Positions 36,801 through 46,792 of a DNA stretch of 64,000 nt are shown in pieces. The notes beneath the pieces are model-generated. The model ran no database searches. It saw only the letters and a list, made by a program, of their open reading frames with translations, and had not been told where the DNA came from. The position numbers were made by a program, and so were the translations under genes. The number at the start of each line of letters is the position of its first letter. Within the stretch, counting starts at the first letter, position 1. The stretch is from Gracilinanus agilis (Eukaryota): contig NC_058130.1 in NCBI RefSeq assembly GCF_016433145.1, forward strand, positions 86,034,640 through 86,098,639, written 5' to 3'.

Positions 36801-39800
36801 TAAGACCTACATTCAAATCCAGCCTCAGGCACTTACTAGCTATATAACCCATGGCAAGTCACTCAACCTCTCTCTATGCAAAACAAGGAGAGGGATAATA
36901 GTATCCCCTACCTACCTCCCAGGGTGGTTTGAGGATTGAATGAGGTAATATTCACAAATTTGCTCCTTTTTCTATCCTATGTATATTTGCACATTAAAAG
37001 GCCCAGAAGCACCTGGCAGTGTCTGCAATGCAGACAGTGCTTAATAAATGTATATTCTCTAATACACATATATACACATTTACCCTGACTCAAAAATAGT
37101 ATACTACAGAACTGAAAAGAACAACCTTTATTTCAGTCTCCTACACTCTTCAAGTAGTCATGATTCCCCTTCCTAAGCCAGTTTAATTATGACTGGTCCC
37201 TCTCTGTGAATAATAAATGACATATAATTCTGTGATTCCTTTTACAAGTTACTATTATCTTTTCCACAATCCATCTAATCTCCAAGCCCATTCCCAAATA
37301 GTGGACAATCGTGACAATACCACCATGAGTAAGGTTAGCATAGCTGGTTTCAGAAAAATGACAGTATTTAAAAATAATCAGAATTTCTCTAATCTCTTTG
37401 GGTGAAATCAGAGTTGGATCTGTGATCTTCACAATTCCATCTAGTTTTCAGTGTTCATCATATTTCAACCCAAATAACAATTAGATGGAGAACTAAAGAA
37501 ACCCAATAACAAAGGGTTCTCTTACCATCTTTATTTTTTCTTTTCCAAATGTTGAGGCTCTAAAAACAACTGTTGGGAATTCTTTCTTCAAACAATGGAC
37601 CCATTTCTCCAAATTTTCTTTTGGCACTAGATCTGCAAGCAGTAAGAAAATATACACAAGAAAATTTTGGAAATTGTCGAATAGGATATATGTATTTCCT
37701 GTAAGAGTCACCCTTACCTAGATTCTGACTCTGTCACTATCCTTAGATGATGATTTTAATTCCCTATTCCTAAGCAATATAAGATTGGTGTCCCAGGTTA
37801 ATTTTGGTTTTAAGTGTCACTTGGTGATTTCTCTAAGAAATAATTTTGGTTAGTTTATCTAAGTTCTTGGTTTGAATTTTCAACACCAAAAAGACACAGG
37901 GAATTCACATGCCATCAACAAGCACTTATTGAGCTCTATTAAAAGACTATCTATTAGAAGCTACAGATGAAACAGGTGCAAGTTGTCCTTGACCTGGACA
38001 ACCTATCTAGTCCGAGACAATCTACAAAGGAAAAAAAAAATCAGGTTAATTCATACTTAAAGAGCATAAAGTGCTGTGAGCAGCTGTATGCCAAATATAC
38101 TACTATGATGTTAAATAGCATCATCTTTGGCAACCAGAAAGAATGAACATTTGCCTAGGCCGAGGTCAGAGTTGGATCTTACAGTCTCCAATGGTATTTC
38201 AGACTGTTTAGATGTTTTCCTCATACCTCATATATACAAGACATAAAGGTAATTTTTAATGCAAATCTATAATTTACCTGTTTTATTTAAGACAAGCAGT
38301 AGTTTTTTGTTTCCTCCAGTCTGAGTAATGACTTGTTCCACTTGGGGACATCTACATCCTAAGGGATCTCTGGCATCCAAAACTTCTAGCAAAACATCCG
38401 ATGTCTCAATCACCTAAGGGAACAGAGGTCAGAAATATACAAATGCTTAGAGATCATTATGTCTAAGTCTAATTTTGAACAGAACCATCCCCAGTTCCTT
38501 TACCTTCCTTCAGTTGCTCTAGTTTGACATATATTCTTATTAAAACAAGATACCTAGAACCAAACATTATAGGTGTAGACTAAATGAAGTCAGACCTCTC
38601 TATTAATATTAATATAACTTAAAATCATTTATCTTTTGTGACTCTCACATCAAACTTCTAATGCATACTGAGTTTTGCAGTCTACTTCACCCAATAAATG
38701 GGTCATGAACAACAAATTAGCTATAATCTTAAAAAAGGAGAACTGCTTTTCCAACCCCTTCTACCTAAATTTCAACAGTATTTTCAGTTTAATTTGCCAT
38801 GATACTGACTTAAAGCTCCACTTATGACAACTCTAGCTGGGTAGGTCAAGAATTTATAGTCACACTATAAAATATTCAGATATTCTATTATGGATATGAA
38901 AACTTTTCACTTTTTTTTTTTTACATTGTAGAAGAAAGTACAACTTTTATCTTTTTAATAGCAGTAAAAAAAGCAGCTCATTCAATTGAGAAAACCTGGA
39001 ACCAAGAGGATCTGAGACATCAAAGGGTTTTTCTTCTGATGTTGGTTAGAAGTAAAGAACACAGCACAAAGCTACCTACATTGTGTTAAATTAATGTTTG
39101 TGATAAGCTAAGGAGTAAAAATTAAATATGCTTCTTTAACCTTTATAAAAATCAAGTAGAATCCATCTGATGAATTGGGAAAACAGGCACAAGAAAGGAG
39201 TTGTGCCTCTCTTAGACTTTTAGTTGGTAAGTCTAAAGTCCCTTCTAGGTCTATTTGTATGATCCTACATGGGAACATTTAAAAACTGCTTCTAATATAA
39301 TAAGAAGGAAAAACTAGCACTTTTTGGGAAAAATACCTTTTGGAGTTCTCTACAAAATGATTTCTTGGAACCTTGCTTGATTGTCTTGCAAGATAGTTTT
39401 GTCTTTCTTCTCACAAATTCCTAAATGAGAGAAAACCAAGATAAAACCAGAATTTGAAAGAATTACATAGAAATTAAACAAAATGACTAATAAGAGCTCA
39501 CCTTTGTATAGTACCTTTTGGTTGGCAAACACTTTACAATTCATTCTCATTTGATCCTAATAACCTTGAGGTAGGTGCTATTAATTACTTCCATTAGACT
39601 GGAAAGCTAAAGCTCAAAGAAATTACTTGCCCAGTTACACTGCTATAAATTATCTGAGGAGGGGTTTTAACCAGGGTTTTTCTAACTACATGTCCAGATT
39701 TTATCTTTGCAGTGTCTAGATTATATGAATGTACTAAAACTTGATGAGAGAAAAAAAAAGAAACCAGAATGGCCTGGTCAACCAACTATATACTGTTGTT

Positions 39801-42800
39801 CAGAAAGTAAGCATTTTCCATCCATTTGTTTTCTTTATGGACTGTTGATACTAATTTCTTTTGACCAATTGTGGAGCTCACTGAGGAGACCCTATATTGT
39901 TCTGATGCTTGATCACAATTGTAAATTAAAAACATCAATTGGAGAACCTTACTATTTAGGGCAGGGGTTCCACAGACAACCTCCAAGGGGTCCATAAATA
40001 TTGATGAGAAAATTACATCTTTTATTTCTTTTGTAAGCCTACATATTCCAATTTATTCATTTAAAAACATTATTCTGAAAAAAAGTCCAGACTTCACCAG
40101 GATGATTCAAAGAGAGACAAGAATCCCTAATCTAAGGAGGGACTACTCTTCCCTTTTGACTCCTTGTGGAACCATCTTTCATTACAGTGGTAACCACCTT
40201 TGGTGAAGACAGATGCCTCTTTATTTTATATTCAGCATTAATGATCAAACGAAATTAGTTATCTCTTTCAAGGAAACTTATTTGTTCTTTACCTCTATAG
40301 GAAAGACTTCTTAATGGAAGGCAGACTTGACGGCTGTGTTTTGCTCTAACACCCAAATGCTCTTTGGACAATAAAAAGTTGAGATACACTTTTATACTTT
40401 ATACTGCTCAGTTAACTACATGTTTATAAACACAAACTTTGTTGTAGGAAGAGAATAGAGAAGGGTAAAAGCATCTATACAATGCCTAATGTGTGCTAGG
40501 AATGTGCTAAGACTTCTACAAATATCTCATTTGATCTTCAAAACCACTTCTATTTACTTCACTACCTGGTTGTGTCCAGATATTTGTGAAAGCTTACTCA
40601 ATCCATTCTTTTTATTTTCAAAAGCATTCTTATATATGAGAAAGCATTTGAATCAACAGTTCATAGAATGTTTAACTAGAAAAGACCTCAGAAGTCATAC
40701 AATTTAATCCTTTCATTTTACAAATAAAGAAACTAGAACCCAGGAAGGTTAAGTGAATAGTTGAGTCCCACAGGTAATGTCAGAAATAGGATTTGAAATT
40801 TGGTCTGCTTTTCCCATAGTCAATATTCTTTTCACTATATACCAACTATCCAGTCCTCTAAATTGTCTTTTAGAGGTAGTTCTCATTTCCAATATAACAT
40901 TAGTTCATATATTTCGAGATAAGAAGGGACTTCAGACTCAATCTAGTTCTACATTTTACAGTTGAAGGATCTGAGGACTAGGTGCTAATGTAATCATTTT
41001 TTCCATTCACATATAATTTTTTTTTATTTGGATGAAAAAGGTTTTAAGAGGCAGGCAGAAAAAAAGTGCAAATCATGTCATTTTTAATGGGAGGGGGGGA
41101 TCCAATTCAATAAGCATTTATTAAACACCTATTATGTGAAAAAAAGCTATGCCAAGCTCAAAAAGAAAGACAAAAATTTAAACCTGCCCTTAAAATTCTA
41201 CTTGATACAACTTTTAAAGAGAGAAATTATAAACCCATCACCTCATAGGTAAATGAATGCTGTTAAACTGGACGGGGACACCATGTTCTTAAAAATGAGT
41301 AACCCAACTCCCTCCCTTCAAAAATAAAGCCAATCCTACTGTTTTTGCTGGTTCTGTCTTTGATGAAGCAACATCACTTTCATCTCGCTTTCGTTTCTGT
41401 CCTTGTTCCTTTTGTTTATTAAGCTTCTGCTTCTGCTTTAGTTCTTCAAGCTGTTTTCTCAAGTCAAAAAAAAAAAGTTTAGAATCATTAATTATGTTAT
41501 TACCCTATTTAAAAAAGAATATCTACTTAAATCTTCTTAAGAATGCCTAGATGAAGCTTCTCAAAGGTTATTAAAAAAAACAAAAAACCTTCCTTTTTTT
41601 GACAAGTCTTACCTGCTGCTTTCTTTGCTCAGCTTCTCGAAGAAGGGCCTCTTTGAAGGGGGCACTATTAGGCACACCAGGATCTTTCTTTGCCTTTTTA
41701 TGACCACGTTTCTTGGCTTCCTTCCTCACTTTCCGGTAATGCTCCCGGACCTATTTTAATAAAGCCATTTAATTTGATATATAAATTTCCAGTTGTGTCT
41801 AATCCAGGAAAATAACTTTTTTTAAAATATTAACCTCCAAGTCATATTCCAAACACTACTGGACTTTGAAGGCATTTAATTGAACTCTTACTAAGGCAAC
41901 AAGTAAGGTTAAAAGTGGCTGCAGATCAGAGAAGCCTGATGTCACACTTAATCAGACACAGTATCACCATCACACCCCAGTACATACACAGACCCAACAA
42001 AGTTTCTTTCTCACACCAAAGATTAGACCCACTCCCCTCTACCTAAAAGAATATTTGGGAATAGCATAAATTTATGCCTAGAGGGTCTTTTTTTAAACCC
42101 AGAGGGCCAAGTGCCCACTGCCTGCCAATAGCAATTTTTGTAGGTGCTAAAAACCCATTCATTGCTTATTTACTGTAGGGGATAGAAGTTCATCCTACAT
42201 ACATTCTCAAATGCTGAAGCAGAAGACCCACCTTTTTCTGGATTTTAAACCGCTTATGACATGTCATGCGCTTACTTGCTTTTTTTAATTCTAGGAACAA
42301 AGAAAATTCATAAGATCAGAACAAAGGCTCTTACAGGTCCATTCTGTAATAGCTGAGAAAGTCAGCTATTACAACAAAGCCAAAAGAGATAAAACATGTT
42401 CTTCCTATCCATATATAGCTAAGATCAAATCACTACAAAAAAGACCTAAGCACTAATTTAAGATTTTAAGAAGTCTATTTTAAATCAGGAGACCAGATGA
42501 ACTGAATTCATTTCCATTTTCCACCTCTATGCCTTTGCTTATGCTATTATATCTATAACATTATCAACTCCAACCTGCTCCTCCCAAACCTGAAAGGCCT
42601 TCAAACCCCATTAAACCATTATCCATCCTAAATAAAAATAAACGGCTTATTAAGTATATTATCATACACATTATAAATTATATATTACAGCACTTCTAAT
42701 TTTCACACAACTTATTTGGGTATGTCTGATTTCCCCTAATGGTAGATTACAAATTATTTTTGCACTTAGGCTGCACACTGTACTGGGAAAGAGCATTAAT

Positions 42801-43393
42801 CAAAATCGGAATCTTATTCGCTTTGTAAGCACACTCTATAAAGTCCCTGAAACTTAGATATTCCTTCTCTTTTAAAAACTGACAAAACAATACTAGACCT
42901 ACCATCTTCACAAGACTGCTAGGAAAAGTAATTTCGAATTTTAAAGGGGTGTAAATCCCTCTAAGTCCACAACCCTTGTTTCATTAAATTTCTTCAAAGA
43001 ATCATTCACACTTTAAAGGCTGCATCAGGCAGTGATGTGCCCCCTCCATCAGGGAGAACAGGACCGCTCCCAAAGCCCCCAAGACAGACCCACCTCCGTG
43101 TTGTCCGCTCCTCGTCCAAAGCCACGCCCCGGGAACGAGGCGAAGGGCTGGGATTCGAGGCTGGGATCAGCCTACCTCCCGCTTGGGGGTCTCCCCGCTT
43201 CCCCTAACCTCCGAGGCCGAAGGCCACCCGAGTCCCGCCCGTTCTCCGCACCCTATACCTCCCCACCCCGGGGTCTGGAGGAACAAGTAACGCCGCAGGC
43301 GAAGGAGATCCACTGTCTACAAATGAGGTAGACTTTCGAGGTCCGGGCCCTCTTGCCCACCCAGAGATCCCAACACTCACTAGGCCGCTTCAT
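30853..43393 (-). CDS. GNL3: Nucleostemin, circularly permuted GTPase (552 aa, complete, 15 coding exons)
   Basis: Exons 43393-43381, 42290-42232, 41750-41613, 41450-41340, 39420-39337, 38413-38278, 37632-37526, 36638-36518, 35553-35466, 35039-34865, 34400-34258, 34172-34036, 33956-33775, 31342-31276, 30950-30853. Total 1659 nt with consistent phases. [24 protein letters not shown] basic N-terminus; DARDP (G5), NKTD (G4), GFPNVGKS (G1); ends FNTDYV*. Exon 14 is assigned by phase, splice signals and length rather than sequence similarity. Confidence 0.96.
31025..31242 (+). mobile_element. Young marsupial SINE with TSD
   Basis: A and B boxes, SINE core, A-rich tail; TSD CAAAAGTGTAGG at 31016-31027 and 31243-31254. 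Confidence 0.92.
31804..32008 (+). mobile_element. Marsupial SINE with TSD
   Basis: GGGCAGCTGGGTGGCTCAGTGG, GGTTCAAATC; flanking duplication AAGATATATGCA. Confidence 0.9.
32545..32640 (-). mobile_element. 5'-truncated SINE (3' half)
   Basis: Reverse complement TTACCCTGGGCAAGTCTCTTGACCCCCATTGCCCACCCTTACCACTCTTCCACC...AAGTTAAGGGTTT. Confidence 0.85.
32840..33290 (+). mobile_element. CR1/L3 LINE 3' fragment
   Basis: CR1-typical remnants (TCATCTTAGGCTGC...; GAAGGCTTTAGGAACTAGG; GATGATCTCT); degenerate. Confidence 0.5.
35111..35185 (-). ncRNA. SNORD69: Box C/D snoRNA SNORD69 (GNL3 intron 9)
   Basis: 9-bp terminal stem ACATGAAGC/GCTTCATGT, C box ATGATGA (35174-35168), D' CTGA (35157-35154), D CTGA (35123-35120). 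Guide CAATCCAAC is complementary to LSU rRNA GUUGGAUUG. Lies 71 nt upstream of the 3' splice site. Confidence 0.9.
35717..35787 (-). ncRNA. SNORD19C: Box C/D snoRNA, SNORD19 family (SNORD19C-like; GNL3 intron 8)
   Basis: Stem GGGTGAGA/TCTCACTC, C box ATGAAGA, C' ATGATGA; guide AGATCCAACT before D box CTGA is complementary to 18S AGUUGGAUCU. The paralog letter is assigned by intron position only. Confidence 0.8.
36755..36960 (+). mobile_element. MIR-type SINE
   Basis: TTCAAATCCAGCCTCAG..ACTTACTAGCT...GGCAAGTCACTCAACCTCTCT...ACCTACCTCCCAGGGTGGTTTGAGGATT. Confidence 0.75.
37398..37473 (-). ncRNA. SNORD19B: Box C/D snoRNA SNORD19B (GNL3 intron 7)
   Basis: TTGGGTTGAAAT/ATTTCACCCAA terminal stem, C box ATGATGA (37461-37455), guide AGATCCAACT plus D box CTGA (37411-37408). 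The ends match the recalled human SNORD19B. Confidence 0.88.
38162..38229 (-). ncRNA. SNORD19: Box C/D snoRNA SNORD19 (GNL3 intron 6)
   Basis: Stem GAGGT/ACCTC, C box ATGAGGA (38224-38218), D' CTGA (38202-38199), guide AGATCCAACT plus D box CTGA (38169-38166). Confidence 0.88.
38843..39045 (-). pseudogene. Degenerate duplicate of GNL3 exon 6 with a possible decayed SNORD19 copy (intron 5)
   Basis: 39021-38977 reads [15 protein letters not shown] versus native [15 protein letters not shown] (27/45 nt, 7/15 aa). Downstream 38892-38843 shares patches with SNORD19 (ATCT.AA.A, GACT.TAA..TC, TGACCT). Confidence 0.55.
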
Positions 43394-44560
43394 GGTTGCA
43401 AAGGAGAAAGCAGCTCCCACGTCCAGCCGCCTCGGACGCCACGTGCAGACTGAAGCGCAGAGCCGTCACGACGTAAAGACGCTGCCGTAAAGCAGCGCGC
43501 CTGTGCCAGAGCCTCCTGCCCCGCCCCGCCCCGCCCCGCGCCAGAACCTGGCCGGGCTCGCGCTCGCTCCTTCTCGGAGCTGCTCGCGCCCCCGCGCCCT
43601 TCTCTCTCCCTCTTGCTCAGCCCTGCCCCCTCACCCCAGGGCGCGCGCACGCGCACGGTCGCGCGGGGCCGGTCTCGCTTGGCGGCCGTGCGGCTGGGTT
43701 TGCGGCGGCGGCGGCGGCACTAGGAGCGGAATCGGACCTGAGCCGAGAGGGTCTGAGAGCAGGAGCGGGCCGAGCAGCGGCAGCGCCAGCCTTAGCCGTG
43801 GCGGCCACAAGACGGGGCGCGGCGCCGGCGGTCGGGGACCGCGGCAGGGGCTGCAGGCGGCGGAGCAGCTGGGTAAGGCCGGAGCTCCAGAGAAGCGGTG
43901 GTAGCCGAGGAGGCCGCGGCCGCCGAGGCCGGGTCCGCTCGGACCGGGGCCCCTTTGTGTGGCGCCTCCGGGAACCGGGATCCCTCCCGGCCCCCGAGGG
44001 CCAGCCGAAGCCGGGGGACCCCTCGCCGCCTGCCAGCTCCCCTCGTCCTCGGAGGCCCCCAGCCGAGGACGGCCCCCCATCCCCCACCCTCCGCCGAGGT
44101 TGGGGTCCCCCCTCTTCAAGAGGTACCCTTCTCGCCTCCCCGCCGACTCGGATCCTCCTCCCATGAAGTTCCTGAGTTTCCTAACTTCCCGTCACCCCCC
44201 ACCCTTAGTCTCCCAGGTCGGGCTGCGTGGGCCCCCCTCTATCTCCAGTGCCTCTGTCTTTGGCTCTGTGAAATGGGGATGAGCCCCGCCCGCCTGGCTT
44301 CGTCCCGCGCCCCCGCACCCACGGGCTGTGCCCTTGGGGGTCCACGGCTTTCCCGAGTTTGGGGAGCCTCTGCCTGGTGTCCAGATGTCAGTTTTCTCGG
44401 GACTTTCGCTGCCTGGGAGCCGGGGTGGGGGGGCACGGGAGGGCTGTCAGGAGGTGCCTGCCTGGAGTCACAGAGGGGAAAGCCGAGGGGGTCTTATCTA
44501 AGGTGCGGGGTGCAGTCAGTGGCCGAGGGAGAACCTCTCCCGGGAGCTCTCCACCCCACC
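43050..44560. promoter_or_regulatory. CpG island / bidirectional promoter of GNL3 (-) and PBRM1 (+)
   Basis: CpG-dense. E-box CACGTG 43440-43445, tandem GC boxes ~43516-43541, NRF1-like CGCGCACGCGCA 43644-43655. Candidate PBRM1 non-coding exon-1 donor GG|GTAAGG at 43872/43873. Confidence 0.88.
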
Positions 44561-46792
44561 TCTTTACCTTGCTAAACAAAGAGGAGATGAGAAACTAAGC
44601 TAAAATTCTGCGAAAGTTCAGAATTCCAAACAGAACCCGTCACCACCTTCTTGAAATTCCCTCCTTAATAACCAGTTGGGCTCAGGACTACTTCCGTATT
44701 GTGTCCCTTGTTTTGGCATTTTATTTACGGTGTCAAGTAATTTTCTTTTGTTGTTTCCTCCAGTTCGTCCAGTGTCAAAAATCCTTCATTTTACCTTCTG
44801 AATTTCATTCGTCATTACAGTATCCTTTTGTTTTTGTTCACGGGGTTGTTGTAACAAGAATTCTCCCCAGCTTTTTTTTTTTTTTTTTTTTTTTGCTCCT
44901 TTCAAACTTACTTCTTAAAACCCCATTGTTTTTTAATGGATTTTCATACCTGCTCTCTAGCTAGCTGTTTCAAAGTATAATACTTATAGCATTACAAAGA
45001 ATTAGATTTTCTTGAATGCTGTGCATATTTTCCTACATGCTTTTATTTTTCTCAAAATATTTAATAGAAAAAAGAAAAGCAATTGTATATAGACTTTGTG
45101 AATTGTTGTTGTTGTTTAGTATTGTTTAGTACACACCTTTGATTTCCTTGGTATAAGACCATCCCAGTGTAGAAAGTTCACTGATGCAGATCAGCAACTG
45201 TTCTGGTCACTTATGGGCTTTGGGAGCTGCCTAAGGGCACTGAGAAATGTAATGATTTGGCTTATTGTTATGTGTTGGAGGAAGGATTTGAACACAGATC
45301 TTCCTGACAGTTCTTTCTTACTATGCCTTATGCTACTGACTGCTCTTGTAAATTCTGATGAAAAAGAACCAAAAGAAAAATATCAATGAATGCTGCACAG
45401 GAAACTCAGAAAATTAAGGGGAAAAATCCAAATGTGTTAAGATATAAAAATTTGAAACAACTCTAGGTTTTATTTTTTTTACATTTGGACAAATTAGGCT
45501 TATCTTCTTACTTTACCCTATAATCTTCTCTTCTGTTTACCTAACTTACCTGTACTCCCCAACATCCCAGGTGAATCTTTTTTCCTGGTTAGTGTTGTAG
45601 TTGGAAAATGAGATTAATGGATTAATTTCCATTTCTTTATAATTCGTTATGGTCTTGCCCTTTTCAGAAAAAAGCAAATTTTTAATGTGTGGATCCCACT
45701 AAGAGTCACATGAACTTCATGTGATTATTAGTTGTGATTTTTAATTTATTATACCCTGCTAGAATGTCAGTTTATTTTTTAGCTCTAATTTGTTCAGAAA
45801 AATACTTATTTAAACAATTGGTAAGTATTGTCCAGAGTTGCTTCCAATAAAAAAAAAAAAAACAATATCAGTAAGGCATGATTTGTCCTGTTTTTGTGGT
45901 TCAAAAGTCTTTAACTACCTTATGAAGCTTTTGGAGACATATGTGGTATCTAAAATATAACTGTAATTTCTTCTGAAGGATATCAAGTTTTAATAGCTAT
46001 ACAGGTGAGTTCAAAATTTTTCAAGTTATTTAAAATGTGCTAGGTTTCCCTGTCCCCAGGATATGGCTTTACAAACAGGTGGTAAACAACATTACCATGT
46101 TTCTCTCTGGTAGCCCACTGTAGACTGGTTTTAGACTCCCACGTTTATGACTATAGCCAAGGTTGTTTTAACATCAAGAACTGAGCTCCAGAAATTTTCC
46201 TTTTGCATCATGGGAACAACACTGATAAACATTGTTCCAAATTTTTTTCAACTACATAAATAAATAGCCACTTTTAAAATAAATTTCATTTCAATACATT
46301 GTGTTTTTTCATAAACATACTTGGAGATTTCAAAGATGCCTATAGAAAGTAGTCTCAGGAAGAAAAAGTTTGAAAGCTAGCCTAAAGTAGCATGTTTTTC
46401 CCACATTTTAAATTTTAGTCTTCAAATAGTATACACTTACATGTTGCATTATAAAAAGTGCAATAGGCATTTGTTAAAAACTAAGCAATTTGATCCAAAC
46501 ATCTCTTAGTGATTGAAGATTTTTACTTATTCTGTGAAGAAAATAATTTAGCAGGAGTTTGTTTTATAGGTAGTAACTAGTATTCCTTTTCCAACTTTCC
46601 ATTATATCTGTCTTTAAACAGTTCTACTTAAATACACTTTTTCCTTTTTACTTCTCCTGACCCTTCCTTTTTATTTTCCCTTCTCTTGTCTCTTTTCTTC
46701 TCTTTCAGTTTTGAATATATTAATACCTTTGCCGATTCAGCACTTCTAAAGCTCTGCCTTCTCCCACTAGCTTAACTTGGCCTTCAGACATT

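Noticed and set aside
38424-38460. ATGATCT...CTGACCTC resembling a C/D snoRNA at the end of GNL3 intron 5
   Set aside because: Too short, no valid C box or guide, and it overlaps the polypyrimidine tract and a repeat tail.
43390-44598. Many overlapping ORFs up to 225 aa on both strands
   Set aside because: They lie in the GC-rich CpG island where stop codons are rare; the products are low-complexity Pro/Gly/Arg/Ala with no recognisable domain.
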